Shown one piece after another: positions 30,792 to 41,051 of a DNA stretch of 64,000 bases. Location of the stretch: the IMG/VR virus record IMGVR_UViG_3300005689_000056, positions 1 to 64,000 of that record; one strand, 5' to 3'. The notes under the pieces were generated by a model, which worked only from the letters and a program-made list of their open reading frames with translations, did no database searches and had not been told where the DNA came from. The translations under genes were made by a program, and so were the position numbers. Source of the stretch: a virus. Each line of letters opens with the position of its first letter. Positions within the stretch are counted from its first letter, which is position 1.

Positions 30792-30993
30792 GCGGTACCT
30801 AGTCTGTCCGGGGTACGTACGTAGCCGGCACGACGGGGATCTACACTACGTAGGCGCGCGGGAGTTAATACAGCTTTACGGTGTCGATCCCGCCGATTGC
30901 CTCATACAAGGCCAGCTTATAGACCCGACGGTAGCAACAGGTCTCAAGCGGTTAATCCCTCGATTCTCCGGGGATTACAGACTACGTAGCTGA
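30775..30993 (+). CDS. Hypothetical phage protein
   Basis: GAGGA RBS; PGYVRSRHDGDLHYVGA.EL..LYGV. Confidence 0.6.
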   Translation: MEVKNKRYLVCPGYVRSRHDGDLHYVGARELIQLYGVDPADCLIQGQLIDPTVATGLKRLIPRFSGDYRLRS

Positions 30994-31025
30994 CGTTGCC
31001 GGATAGCACTGCAGGATGGATAATG

Positions 31026-31060
31026 GCCCCCACGGCGAGAGTCGTCGGGGGCTTTGTTTT
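31026..31060 (+). terminator. Terminator-like hairpin ending the late region
   Basis: GCCCCCACGGC-GAGA-GTCGTCGGGGGC then TTTGTTTT; a related hairpin lies at 30204-30230. Confidence 0.55.
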
Positions 31061-31086
31061 GCAATCAATTTCAAAAAGGTAATGGT

Positions 31087-32730
31087 ATGGACATCACTAC
31101 GGAACAGACCGAACGCGATTCGGTGAAAGAGTTTTCGGATCGCCTTTGCGTCCTGTTGGATGCGGGCGCCGGCCTCATTCATGTACGAGCACATGAGCCA
31201 CTTCGCGCAGCCGTCGAGATTCGCAAGGTCGCCATTGCGGAAGGTGCAGCGATCAAGGAATGGGATGTCGTCAATGGCTTTCGTGATTTTTCGGAAACCA
31301 ATATCGGTAGCCACACCCTTGCGGGGGATGGCAACATCGACCCGCACGGCGCATTCATGCATCCACTCACCTATCTTCGCTCCCCGGAAAACACGAACGC
31401 ACAGTTCTACGTTTTCTATACGCTGCATCACTATCTTGAAGGTAACCCGCAGCTTCAGCACCTCATCACCACCTACAACCAGATTCTGCCATCCAGCAAT
31501 GTCGTAGTAGTCATCGTAACTCCAGACATCCCGCTGCCGGTACAGGGCGAGAACGTTCTGTCTATCACTTTCGACACGCCAAGCCTCAACGAACTGCGCG
31601 AGAGCCTTACGGCGGTGGTCGATGGTATCCGGGACGAGTTCGAGGACGGTGTCGATATGGACGATGACGCGTACAATCGTGTTTGCTACGTCGGCGCCGG
31701 CATGACCAAGAACGATTTTGAGATCTACTCGGCGCTATCTCTGGTTCGCGCGGGTCGCGATGGCCTGCCTTGCGTTACCGCAGACGAGGTCATCAAGGGC
31801 GTATCCGAAGGCAAGACTGACGTAGTTAACCAGTCCGAGATTCTGGAACTCTACCCCTCGACAAGTATCGAGAACGTCGGCGGTCTCGAGAACCTAAAAG
31901 AGTGGGTAGCACGACGCCGCCGTTGCTATTCGGACGAGGCGCGGGAGTTCGGTGTTGAGCCTCCGAAAGGTATTGTCCTTGTAGGCCCGCCCGGGACGGG
32001 TAAGAGCCTCGTAGCTAAGGCGGTGTCGTCGGAACTTGGTGTCCCTCTTGTACGACTAGATTTTGGTCGCGTGTTCAATTCGCTGGTAGGATCGTCAGAG
32101 CAACGTATGCGGCAGGCTCTGCGTCAGGTTGAGTCCATGGCGCCGGTTGTCTTATTCGCTGATGAGATCGACAAGGGCCTCGGCGGTATCGGTAGCGGGG
32201 GTGATAGCGGCGTATCCAGTCGGGTACTTGGTTCGTTTTTGACATGGTTGCAGGATTGCAAGCACCCTGTCTTTACGATGGTCACCGCGAACAATGTTAC
32301 CGGCCTCCCTCCGGAACTACTTCGCCGTGGTCGTTTTGATGCTATCTTCTCTACTTCGTTACCGAACGCTACCGAACGGCGCGAGGTGTTGAGAATCCAT
32401 CTTTCGTTGCGGGGTCGCAGTATCGAAGACTTCAACAAGGCGGAGATCGAGGAGTATCTGAAAGCTACGGAAGGGTACGTACCCGCAGAGATCGAGTCGT
32501 CGGTCAAGGATGCGCTTGTGGATGCCTTCAGCGCAGGTGAAGACCTCACAATGGATCATATGCTCGTTGCGGTACGCGCCATGGTCCCCTTGTCGAAGGC
32601 GTTCGAGAAGCGTATCAAGGAGATGAACGAGTGGGCGATTAACAACGCAACGCCTGCAGGAAAGAAGCAGGAACCTGCCCCCGCGACTAGCCTCGGGGCT
32701 CGGGTAATCAAGAGAACACGGAGGACGTAA
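31087..32730 (+). CDS. AAA+ ATPase, Ycf46-like
   Basis: GGLENLKEW, Walker A GPPGTGKS, Walker B LFADEIDK, TAN...LPPELLRRGRFD. Confidence 0.9.
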   Translation: MDITTEQTERDSVKEFSDRLCVLLDAGAGLIHVRAHEPLRAAVEIRKVAIAEGAAIKEWDVVNGFRDFSETNIGSHTLAGDGNIDPHGAFMHPLTYLRSPENTNAQFYVFYTLHHYLEGNPQLQHLITTYNQILPSSNVVVVIVTPDIPLPVQGENVLSITFDTPSLNELRESLTAVVDGIRDEFEDGVDMDDDAYNRVCYVGAGMTKNDFEIYSALSLVRAGRDGLPCVTADEVIKGVSEGKTDVVNQSEILELYPSTSIENVGGLENLKEWVARRRRCYSDEAREFGVEPPKGIVLVGPPGTGKSLVAKAVSSELGVPLVRLDFGRVFNSLVGSSEQRMRQALRQVESMAPVVLFADEIDKGLGGIGSGGDSGVSSRVLGSFLTWLQDCKHPVFTMVTANNVTGLPPELLRRGRFDAIFSTSLPNATERREVLRIHLSLRGRSIEDFNKAEIEEYLKATEGYVPAEIESSVKDALVDAFSAGEDLTMDHMLVAVRAMVPLSKAFEKRIKEMNEWAINNATPAGKKQEPAPATSLGARVIKRTRRT

Positions 32731-33374
32731 TGTCTGAAGAAAGCGAAGGTATCAACGTTCGTGTAGGTTGGGGGAAATACACATTCAGCACCTTGTCAGG
32801 GAGACTGTCTTGTATGGTTGTTGAACCCGCATTCAAGCAGTCCCTTGCAGGTGCGACTAGCGCCCCCGGCGTCATACGCAGGCTTGGTACCCCGCTTACC
32901 ACTATCGCTAGCGACTACCCGGAACTTCACGGCTCGCTACAGACTGTGAATATCCTGTCGCGTGAGGGTACAGTATTTTGCGCACGGTTCTCCAAGTCAA
33001 CCAATAAGCTACCCGCAGCGGACGCGGCGGTATTTGTGCGAGTACGGGAATCCGGGCCTACGGTCAAGATCAAAGCCCGCATCCCTGCGCACAGAGACTC
33101 GCATCTACCGGAGACCTTTCATGTGTTCACCGGTAAGGGGGATGTCTTATCCTACAATCAGCTTATCGGGGTAGGCATTGCGGTACCTAAGCAGTTTCGC
33201 TTTAGTTACATGGACGAAGAGGAGATCGAAGAATGTTTCGACGTAGTCGTGATGGATGACGGCTCTCCGGCAAACTTTACCGTCAAGGCGGAACGTCGGG
33301 TGAACGCCCGTGGCGAAGAGAAGGTAATCGTCGTATCAGAAGCCAGACGCCGCGTGCGAATCCGTCGTCCTTGA
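32730..33374 (+). CDS. Hypothetical protein with Arg-rich C-terminus
   Basis: GGAGG RBS, TAATG coupling. Confidence 0.7.
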   Translation: MSEESEGINVRVGWGKYTFSTLSGRLSCMVVEPAFKQSLAGATSAPGVIRRLGTPLTTIASDYPELHGSLQTVNILSREGTVFCARFSKSTNKLPAADAAVFVRVRESGPTVKIKARIPAHRDSHLPETFHVFTGKGDVLSYNQLIGVGIAVPKQFRFSYMDEEEIEECFDVVVMDDGSPANFTVKAERRVNARGEEKVIVVSEARRRVRIRRP

Positions 33375-33399
33375 CGAAGATTCTTATACGGTGTATCAT
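33371..33399 (+). promoter_or_regulatory. Sigma70-type promoter
   Basis: TTGACG-N17-TATCAT upstream of the DUF1257-like gene. Confidence 0.6.
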
Positions 33400-33433
33400 A
33401 CCATAGCAGCATACCTTAGTCAGGAGAACACTC

Positions 33434-33877
33434 GTGAGTCACACCACTGCAATCGATAACATCGTTTTTCAGGACATCGCCGCACTCACCGCTGCGGTCA
33501 ATGAGTTGGCAGCGCAAGGCATCAAGTGCAGTTTGGAGAAAGACGCGGTGCCGCGCGCGTACTACCAGAACCAAGTAGGCATGGAAAAGGCACCGTACGT
33601 TCTTCGCCTGCACGATGCGCCATTCGATATCGGTTTCTACTACGACAAGGACAAAGGCGGGCACGTAGCGCGTACCGACCTGCACGCCGGGCACGTCTCG
33701 CGCCAGCTTGGCGTACAGGCGCAGGGGTCGGAAACGGCGATGCAAGCAGCGCTTGGTAAGCTGAATCAGACCTACGCCATCCACGCCACCACCCGCGCGG
33801 CGGTCGCCAAGGGCATGCAGGTTCGCCGTGTCAACGGTAATGACGGTAGCGTCCGTCTCGTGGTCACGGGTATGTGA
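33434..33877 (+). CDS. DUF1257/Ycf35-like protein
   Basis: MSH.T.I....D...L..A, DIGF, L.Q.YA pattern; neighbour of the Ycf46-like ATPase. Confidence 0.75.
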   Translation: MSHTTAIDNIVFQDIAALTAAVNELAAQGIKCSLEKDAVPRAYYQNQVGMEKAPYVLRLHDAPFDIGFYYDKDKGGHVARTDLHAGHVSRQLGVQAQGSETAMQAALGKLNQTYAIHATTRAAVAKGMQVRRVNGNDGSVRLVVTGM

Positions 33878-34053
33878 TGGTAGATCCACTGGCCGTATCG
33901 GAATTGGCGGATAACGTAGAGCGTCTTGTTCGCCAGTTTCAGCAAGAAAACCAAATCGGGGTCGATTGTATCTCTGTCCAGAACTACTACGACGAGAACG
34001 GACTCATCCCCGGCCAAGTCATTGTGAAAGTCACTGTTGGAGGTAACACGTAA
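33877..34053 (+). CDS. 58-aa hypothetical protein (not in ORF track)
   Basis: MVDPLAVSEL...VGGNT fills the gap exactly, with TGATG and TAATG coupling on the two sides. Confidence 0.6.
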   Translation: MVDPLAVSELADNVERLVRQFQQENQIGVDCISVQNYYDENGLIPGQVIVKVTVGGNT

Positions 34054-34250
34054 TGCGTCAGGTAATTGTGGACATCTCACCCGCAGGCACGGTCAAGGTT
34101 GATGCGCAGGGGTTCAAAGGTGTTGGTTGCGACAAGGCGACCGAGCAGATCGAAATCGCACTGGGCGGTACGGGGGTCAAGAAAAAGACCCGCAAGCCCG
34201 AGGCTTTCCAGAACCCCACCACCAACCAGAGCAACAAGCTCACTTTCTGA
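34053..34250 (+). CDS. DUF2997-like protein
   Basis: ISPAGTVKVDAQGFKGVGC..AT..IE.ALG pattern. Confidence 0.8.
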   Translation: MRQVIVDISPAGTVKVDAQGFKGVGCDKATEQIEIALGGTGVKKKTRKPEAFQNPTTNQSNKLTF

Positions 34251-34257
34251 GGCGATC

Positions 34258-34623
34258 ATGGACGAACTGGTAATCGACATCGGGCACAGCGGTAAGGTTG
34301 AGGCCATGTACAGCGACGATCTCAATCTCGGCTTCCTCGGTGCCCAGACGGTAACACGAGCCTCCGAGATCCTGTTCGATGTCGGTAGCCAGCGCTGGAA
34401 CATCGTACCTACCGGGTACGACGGCGTAAGCCCTCTACCTCGCTATGCTATGGGCTTTGCCTCGTACGAACAGGCGCGTGCGTTTGAGGTACGCTGGTTT
34501 AACGCGTGCCGACTCGCCGGGGTATCCCCTCTGTCCGAGGAGGGCGCCAAGCAGGCAAAGATCGTTGCCTACGCCATCATGTATTCTGGCCCGGTAAGGC
34601 AAGAAACACCATGCGGAGAATAA
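34258..34623 (+). CDS. Hypothetical protein of the AAA module
   Basis: G.V...YSDDL.L..LG...V.RAS...FD...Q.W; GAGG RBS. Confidence 0.65.
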   Translation: MDELVIDIGHSGKVEAMYSDDLNLGFLGAQTVTRASEILFDVGSQRWNIVPTGYDGVSPLPRYAMGFASYEQARAFEVRWFNACRLAGVSPLSEEGAKQAKIVAYAIMYSGPVRQETPCGE

Positions 34624-34895
34624 CCCGTAACTTCTACGCGGAAGAGAACCCCGACGGCTGGAAGGTCTTCGGGGTTTCGTCACAGGGCTACCCCTTTACA
34701 CTCCGTAAGGATTGTGAGGGGTTTAATACTTTCAGGAACGCGTATCTATTCACCACGCACTGGCTATCGCGATGCCGCAAGGTGGAGGTATGCCCATCAT
34801 CTCGCCTAGGGAGAGACATAGCCCACCGGCTGAAAGAGTCATACCAAGACTGGTTACAGCAACAAGACGAATCGAAAAACCGTAAGCGTGCTTGA
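34611..34895 (+). CDS. Hypothetical protein
   Basis: Fills the gap before the initiator gene. Confidence 0.5.
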   Translation: MRRITRNFYAEENPDGWKVFGVSSQGYPFTLRKDCEGFNTFRNAYLFTTHWLSRCRKVEVCPSSRLGRDIAHRLKESYQDWLQQQDESKNRKRA

Positions 34896-34903
34896 GGTAG
34901 ATA

Positions 34904-36298
34904 ATGACAGTGGCGAAAAAAAACCCCCATTCCGTGGGCGCGGAACAGGGGCGGGTACTTCAGGTAGAACAACTTCGTGGTAATACGAACTATAGCAAAC
35001 TGCGGGAGGCTTTGCAAGGCGAAGACGGTATGCAGTACGACGTATCTGTCTACCGCCAGCGTACCGCCATTGATGACTGGTTTAGCGTTTTTGGTCTCTC
35101 GCATTTAACGAAAGCAGAGTATTTCGTGCTTAGGTTCATCCTCGCCCGCACCGTGCATTACGGTAAGACGAGTGAAATCATCTTCAAATCCCATTTTTTA
35201 GAAGGGATCATTGCCGGCGGGGAGTGGAAAGCTGCCCCCTGCGGCGTCAATAGTAGAGACCTCTATGCGTCTATCGACAGCCTAGAAGGTAAGGGACTGG
35301 TCTCTACTACTCGTGTTTCTACAGGTAGCCGACACCTTGCAACGCTCTACACGGTGCACGTAGATGCGATCCTTTCTTTGCGTGGAAGACCAGACATGGC
35401 GCTCAAAACACCTAAAAAGGCACGTCAAACAGGGGTGCCAATTGGCACCAACCACCCACCAAAAGACCGGTGCCAATTGGCACCCAAGAATAGTATTAAA
35501 GAAAACCTAAAAACGAATAGTGATGATGGAGGACGTTTGGCTTCGCCGCACGTCGGGAGGGTTCGTAGAGTAAGGCCAGCAACCACCCAGCAGGAAAATG
35601 CAATTGATTGCAAAAGCAAGATCCTGTCCATCGCACAGAAAGCCGCTGAGCGTTCCGCTACAAAGCAGTTGGAGAAAGTTCGGCGGGGCCGCGCCGCCGC
35701 GCCCGGGGCAATTACGCTTACCGATCTTAACGCTACGTGGAAGCGTTGTATGGTGCAGGCGTTCGGTAAGTGCGCGGTGGGTGCTCTTACACATGTCGAG
35801 TACGGTGTATTCAAAAAGATCGTGAAGGCCCACGATATATCATTCCCGTGGGTTGAGTTCTTTGAGTGGATCATTGGGTCTTGGTCCGCACTGAACGACG
35901 ACCACAAGAGGCGTGTGGATTACGCGAGGAAGAAAGAGGGCGGGTGGCCCCCCACCGATGATGGTTCTTTCTACCTAGGTACCGAGACACCCATGCTGTC
36001 GTCGGTGGTTAAGAATCTGGTCAAGCTCTCACGCATCTACACAGACAACCGCAACCGCGCAGTGTCACGCGTTACGTCGGATGCCGCCAAGTACATTGAA
36101 GAGGCGGAGCGTCAGCGAGTACGCGCGGAGAAGGCCGAGAAAGCACTGCAGAAAGTATCGTCCTTGCGTAGCACCCGGAAAGATACCCCAGCACCCGCGC
36201 GGCGGCAGCGTAGCGCCGTGGCGACTATCGCTAGGCCGGAGGATGATGACTACTTCGCAAAAGACGACCAGCTACCTGATTGGGAGGCTCAAGGATGA
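34904..36298 (+). CDS. Replication initiator, lambda O-like N-terminal domain
   Basis: LTKAEYFVLRFILARTVHYGK resembles the lambda O N-terminal helix-turn-helix region; iteron-like repeats inside the gene; upstream of loader/helicase. Confidence 0.65.
   Translation: MTVAKKNPHSVGAEQGRVLQVEQLRGNTNYSKLREALQGEDGMQYDVSVYRQRTAIDDWFSVFGLSHLTKAEYFVLRFILARTVHYGKTSEIIFKSHFLEGIIAGGEWKAAPCGVNSRDLYASIDSLEGKGLVSTTRVSTGSRHLATLYTVHVDAILSLRGRPDMALKTPKKARQTGVPIGTNHPPKDRCQLAPKNSIKENLKTNSDDGGRLASPHVGRVRRVRPATTQQENAIDCKSKILSIAQKAAERSATKQLEKVRRGRAAAPGAITLTDLNATWKRCMVQAFGKCAVGALTHVEYGVFKKIVKAHDISFPWVEFFEWIIGSWSALNDDHKRRVDYARKKEGGWPPTDDGSFYLGTETPMLSSVVKNLVKLSRIYTDNRNRAVSRVTSDAAKYIEEAERQRVRAEKAEKALQKVSSLRSTRKDTPAPARRQRSAVATIARPEDDDYFAKDDQLPDWEAQG
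35434..35520. repeat. Putative replication origin: two palindromic iterons plus A-rich tract
   Basis: GGTGCCAATTGGCACC at 35434-35449 and 35469-35484, followed by A/T-rich 35486-35520. Confidence 0.65.
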
Positions 36299-36888
36299 AC
36301 AAGCACGAGATGTTGCGGGCAGGGATACCTGCAGACGCTATCGCCACTACGTTACCCAATGCTGGGTTTCAAAACATACGTGATCGTATTCGCGATGGCT
36401 CTTTGCTGGTACCCGGTAGGGCTATCGTTGTCGCTCCAGCGGGTGTAACCAACACCGAGTCGGTAGGTCGTGCGGAGTTGGCTTTTTATCTGACGATGAA
36501 GGAGTTGATGCTAGCTAGCAAGGTTGATGGGGTGATCCTGTCTCTTGCCGAGCTAAACATGATGATCCTTGAGGGTCGAGATACTGCCAACCATCGTGCG
36601 GTAGGTGACGGGCTGGAGATCTATGACCTAGGTACAGAGGATACGCTTTTGGGTGTCTCAGGATTCGTGGCTAACGGTGAGTCTTACATCGAGCCCCGGG
36701 TCCGGGAATTCCTCTCAGCCTTGCTACTGAAGTGGATGCGTAGAGGTAACCGCATTGTGTTCGGTTGTCATTGTTTTGCCTCACGCCTTGATAGTTGGTG
36801 GCCCCCGCACCTTGTGGCCTACATCGCACGTAACGGCGACACTTTCAATATCGGTAGCCTCAGCGATTCGGGGGCAGAGAATGAGTGA
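36295..36888 (+). CDS. Possible degenerate DnaC-like helicase loader
   Basis: RAGIP N-terminal motif and position between initiator and helicase; no Walker A. Confidence 0.45.
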   Translation: MNKHEMLRAGIPADAIATTLPNAGFQNIRDRIRDGSLLVPGRAIVVAPAGVTNTESVGRAELAFYLTMKELMLASKVDGVILSLAELNMMILEGRDTANHRAVGDGLEIYDLGTEDTLLGVSGFVANGESYIEPRVREFLSALLLKWMRRGNRIVFGCHCFASRLDSWWPPHLVAYIARNGDTFNIGSLSDSGAENE

Positions 36889-38137
36889 CGGGCTCAAGCT
36901 CATAGCCACCATTATCGATAACGGTAGCGTTCGTGCATTGAGGGAGATACCGTCGGAGCTATTCGTGGAGGACGAGATACCGGTGTATCAGTTTATCCGG
37001 TCTCACTACCGACGGTACGGGGTACTGCCGGCGTACAGCACGGTAGAGGAGGAGTGTGACATATCTATACCGGAACCAGAAGAAGGTATCGACTACTACC
37101 TGAAGAAGGTCAACGATAGGCGTATGTACAGCCTATTGCGCACGCAGTACTCTGAACTCCAGTCGTGTATGCGGGCTTACGATATGGATGCTGCGGCTGA
37201 GGTTATCGCAGGTATGCGCTCTACTACCCAGTCGCTTCGTATGGACGTGGATGTTATGGGGCTTGTAGAGGCGGCGTCCGCTGTGATGGATGAGTACGCT
37301 GTTGCGCACGAGAACCCCGGGCTTGCCGGCGTACCTACTTTGTGGCCGAGATACGATGAATTGGTCGGGGGGTATCAGGGCGGTGACCTAGTCACCTACG
37401 TGGCTCGTCCCGGGGTTGGTAAGACGTACACGCTGCTAAGGCACGCACAGGCGGCTTACGCTACGGGTCATAGTATTCTGGTCGTATCTATGGAGATGAC
37501 CATCACCCAGATGTCGCGCCGCTTCATGTCACTGGTCACAGGTATTGGCGCTGACTACATCCGACGAGGCCGTCTATCAACCTACGCAAGGCGCAGACTG
37601 CAGCAGTACGTTGATGACCTAGAGAGTACCGACAGGGCGCACTTTTTCACCGGGGGCGTTCGCAAGACCCCGTCTGACGTTGATATCCTCATACAGGAAC
37701 TCAGGCCGGATATCTGCTACATCGACAGTATCTATCTCATGAACTCGGACAACAAGAAAGCCGTAACACGTCCGGACAAGGTGTCGGCAATCTTCGATGA
37801 GACGAAGCAGATTGCTGTCGCCCGCAAGTTGCCTATCGTCGCTACATCACAGTACAACCGGCTATCTGGAAAGAAAGGCAAAGACGGGTCACTTGAGACC
37901 ATCGCGTATAGTGACGCCATCTCTACCCACAGTTCGGTAATACTATCGTTACAGGAAGGGTTGCCGGGTCGCGAGGCAGTCACGCGCCAAGGTACCCTGA
38001 TTAAGGGTCGCGAGGGGGAGGCAGGTACTGTTTTCTACCACTACTCGTTTAGACCCGTAAACATGGATGAGATGACGCCAGAAGAGATCGGGAATGAGAC
38101 ACAGGACGGTGAGCCCGATCTCGATTGGGTTGGTTGA
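36881..38137 (+). CDS. dnaB: DnaB-like replicative helicase
   Basis: ARPGVGKT, SMEM, IDSIYLM, ATSQYNR, KGREG. Confidence 0.9.
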   Translation: MSDGLKLIATIIDNGSVRALREIPSELFVEDEIPVYQFIRSHYRRYGVLPAYSTVEEECDISIPEPEEGIDYYLKKVNDRRMYSLLRTQYSELQSCMRAYDMDAAAEVIAGMRSTTQSLRMDVDVMGLVEAASAVMDEYAVAHENPGLAGVPTLWPRYDELVGGYQGGDLVTYVARPGVGKTYTLLRHAQAAYATGHSILVVSMEMTITQMSRRFMSLVTGIGADYIRRGRLSTYARRRLQQYVDDLESTDRAHFFTGGVRKTPSDVDILIQELRPDICYIDSIYLMNSDNKKAVTRPDKVSAIFDETKQIAVARKLPIVATSQYNRLSGKKGKDGSLETIAYSDAISTHSSVILSLQEGLPGREAVTRQGTLIKGREGEAGTVFYHYSFRPVNMDEMTPEEIGNETQDGEPDLDWVG

Positions 38138-38161
38138 AATCGATTGCAAAGTGGGGATGCC

Positions 38162-38365
38162 ATGGACCGGTACGCGTATCTACTCAGCCTAGATGAGATC
38201 TTCTTCGTGAAGGAGCATCAGGATAGCCCGCAGGTTCAGGCACTCATTGCCACCTGCGAAAAGATTGTAGACCTTGAGGAGCAACTTGACGCGCTGCGCG
38301 ATACGATGGCTGTGCAGAGTCAGGAAATGTTCCGGCGTAGAAGGAGAGTACGGCGTGACGTATAG
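38162..38365 (+). CDS. Hypothetical protein
   Basis: Short ORF between helicase and polymerase. Confidence 0.55.
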   Translation: MDRYAYLLSLDEIFFVKEHQDSPQVQALIATCEKIVDLEEQLDALRDTMAVQSQEMFRRRRRVRRDV

Positions 38366-41051
38366 CCAGCATTGCGAAGGCTGCCCCCTGCACGGTACGG
38401 GGGTGCCAGTGAGCCACAAAGGCTCTACATTGTCGCGGTTTGTCGTTGTCACAGATACACCATCGCAGTACAACGCACGCGAGGGTCGTCTGTTATCGAA
38501 TAGCGCCAGTACCGTGCTCGGTAAGGCCATGAAGGCTGCGGGGTTTGAGAGGGATGACTTCTGCTACTACCCGCAGGTTCGTTGCCCGCACGAGGCCGAC
38601 CAGTACAGCACCAAAGAGAAGAAAGCCATCAGGGATCACTGTAGGCCGCACATGGTTGAGTTCGTCCAGCGTGTAAAGCCGGAGGCGGTGATACCGCTTG
38701 GTGCAGAGGCCTCCAGACAGGTACTGTCGCGGGCAGCTAAGATCACCAAAGTTCGCGGGGTGGTAGAGCATAGCGATGAGCTAGACACTCACGTTTTCCC
38801 TATGCTCAGCCCGGGTATGGTGACGATGTACCCTCAGCACCAGCAGACTTTCTATGCGGACTGCCGTGCCCTGAGCGAGCTATGCGACGTATCGTTCAAC
38901 CTTCGGGTACGGTCTCGCAAGATGCTGGGGCGGTACGAGTTCATTGACGATCTGCAGTTCCTGATCGACATGGAGCCTACGCTTCTATTCTTCGACACGG
39001 AAAACACCGGCTTGTCGTGGTTCCATGAAGGTAAGCACGACGTTCGCGACTACGACCCGCACACCTGCGGTAAGGAGTTTGACCCAGCGGCTGCTATCCT
39101 CACGATGCAGTTTACTGTCAAGGCCGGCGAGTCCTACATGCTTGTGTGGGATCACCCGGAGCGCCCCGCGTCCCCACGAGCGAAAGCCAAGCTGCGCAAG
39201 CAGTTGCGTAGGCTACTATGCAACCCCAAGACGCGGGTGATAAGCCAGAACGCCAAGTACGACGCTACGTATATGGCCGGTGTTGAGGGCATAGACTACC
39301 GTATCGGCGGGTGCACACTCATGCTGGCTACGCTACTTGACGAGAACTCACTATCGCGAAGCCAAGATACGCTGGTTCGACAGTGGGTGCCTGAGATGGC
39401 CGGGTATGCTGACCACTTCAACGCGACTACCGATAAGTCACGTATGTGGGAGGTGCCGCTAGACAAACTCATAAACTACGGTTGCGGTGACGCGGATAGC
39501 GGCTTCAGGCTCTATAAGAAGTTGATTAAAGAGGTGTCATCCGATAAGCGGCTACTTGATCACTACCGGTATGTGTCCTTGCCGGGTCTTAACACTTTCA
39601 AGGGCATCGAGTTGCGGGGGATGGACGTAGACGAAGATGCACTGGATGCGTTCGAGACCCTTATGGACGGCATGGTGACTGAGCAGTATTCGTCGCTGAT
39701 AGAGCAGGTACCGCGCAGCATCAAGCGTAAGCACCTGCAAGAATTTGCTGAGAAGAAGAAGAAACCAGAAGACGCCTTGAAGTTTTCCCGGGCAGAATTT
39801 GTGCGGGACATTCTCTTTACACACAGGGACGGGTTCCGGCTGAGGCCCAAAGTCTTCACAAAGACTACGGCCAAGTTGTCTGCAGATAAGCGAATACCTA
39901 GCACATCCACCAAGGACCATCTACCGTACTTCCATGACGACTGCCCTTTCACGATTGAGTTGTCTGAGTACATTAAAAACGAGCGGCTGCTTAATACCAG
40001 TGTTCGCGGGTTTAAAAAGAAGTACATACACGCAGCTAAGGTCAGGCCTACCTACAGTCTGACCACGGCGCGTACTGGGCGCACGTCTTCCGAAGACCCT
40101 AACGGCCAGAACTTCCCTAAGCGCGGGAAGATGGCTAAGGCTTACAGGCGCTGCTTTGTAGCTCCGGAAGGTTACTATGTCTTAGAGGCCGACTTATCGC
40201 AAGCAGAGCTACGAATATCTGCAGATGAAGCCAACGAGACCACGATGCTCAAGGTCTATCGTGAGGGGGGCGACATCCATACCGAGACAGCCACAATCGT
40301 GATGGGTCTTACTAAGGCCGCATTCTTGAAACTACCGGTGTCGGAGCAGAAGGACGCGCGGCAGAAAGCTAAGGCTGTGAACTTCGGCTTCATTTACGGT
40401 ATGGGTTGGCGTAAGTTTATCGGCTACGCTAAGACGCAATACGGTGTTGAATTTACCGACGATGAAGCGCAGCGCATCCGGTCTCAGTTCTTCATCAAGT
40501 ACAGTAAGCTGGAAGCATGGCACGAGAAGTACCGCAATATGGCTAGGCGCGATAAGCAGGTACGTTCGTATAGTGGGCGGATACGCCATCTACCAATGAT
40601 CGACTCTGAGGATGAGATGGTGCAGCAGGAGGCAGGCCGGCAGGCGATCAATAGCCCTGTACAGGAGTTCGCTTCTTCGCTTGGCGTTATGGCGATGTCT
40701 CGCCTGTCGGAAGAGATCGACCCTCGATACCTTGCTCCGATAGCGTTCGTGCATGACGCTATCTATTGCTTGGTACCCAAGCAGCACCTTGAGTGGGGGG
40801 CCAAGACCCTCAAGTGGTACATGGAGACTAACCCGATTGAGGAGTGGTTTGGTATCCGCATGAAGTGCCCTATTGTCGCGGATGTATCGTTCGGTATTAA
40901 TTTCGGTGATACGTTTGAGTTGAAGGGTCTCACACTAGATGAGCCGTACGACTTCAGCGTGTTCTCGGCAGCAGAGGACGACGATGCGCCCTATATCGAG
41001 GTTGTAGAACAAGCTGATCCGCCTAACTACGGCCTGATCGAGTACGATTGA
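38355..41051 (+). CDS. polA: Family A DNA polymerase with N-terminal UDG-like and 3'-5' exonuclease domains
   Basis: CEGCPL...VRCP (family-4 UDG-like), FDTE exo I, ADLSQAELR, RQKAKAVNFGFIYG, FVHDAI; AAGGAG before GTG. Confidence 0.93.
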   Translation: MTYSQHCEGCPLHGTGVPVSHKGSTLSRFVVVTDTPSQYNAREGRLLSNSASTVLGKAMKAAGFERDDFCYYPQVRCPHEADQYSTKEKKAIRDHCRPHMVEFVQRVKPEAVIPLGAEASRQVLSRAAKITKVRGVVEHSDELDTHVFPMLSPGMVTMYPQHQQTFYADCRALSELCDVSFNLRVRSRKMLGRYEFIDDLQFLIDMEPTLLFFDTENTGLSWFHEGKHDVRDYDPHTCGKEFDPAAAILTMQFTVKAGESYMLVWDHPERPASPRAKAKLRKQLRRLLCNPKTRVISQNAKYDATYMAGVEGIDYRIGGCTLMLATLLDENSLSRSQDTLVRQWVPEMAGYADHFNATTDKSRMWEVPLDKLINYGCGDADSGFRLYKKLIKEVSSDKRLLDHYRYVSLPGLNTFKGIELRGMDVDEDALDAFETLMDGMVTEQYSSLIEQVPRSIKRKHLQEFAEKKKKPEDALKFSRAEFVRDILFTHRDGFRLRPKVFTKTTAKLSADKRIPSTSTKDHLPYFHDDCPFTIELSEYIKNERLLNTSVRGFKKKYIHAAKVRPTYSLTTARTGRTSSEDPNGQNFPKRGKMAKAYRRCFVAPEGYYVLEADLSQAELRISADEANETTMLKVYREGGDIHTETATIVMGLTKAAFLKLPVSEQKDARQKAKAVNFGFIYGMGWRKFIGYAKTQYGVEFTDDEAQRIRSQFFIKYSKLEAWHEKYRNMARRDKQVRSYSGRIRHLPMIDSEDEMVQQEAGRQAINSPVQEFASSLGVMAMSRLSEEIDPRYLAPIAFVHDAIYCLVPKQHLEWGAKTLKWYMETNPIEEWFGIRMKCPIVADVSFGINFGDTFELKGLTLDEPYDFSVFSAAEDDDAPYIEVVEQADPPNYGLIEYD

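Noticed and set aside
33447-33462. Additional palindrome copy CTGCAATCGATAACAT
   Set aside because: Four mismatches; not counted, although it falls in one of the largest gaps
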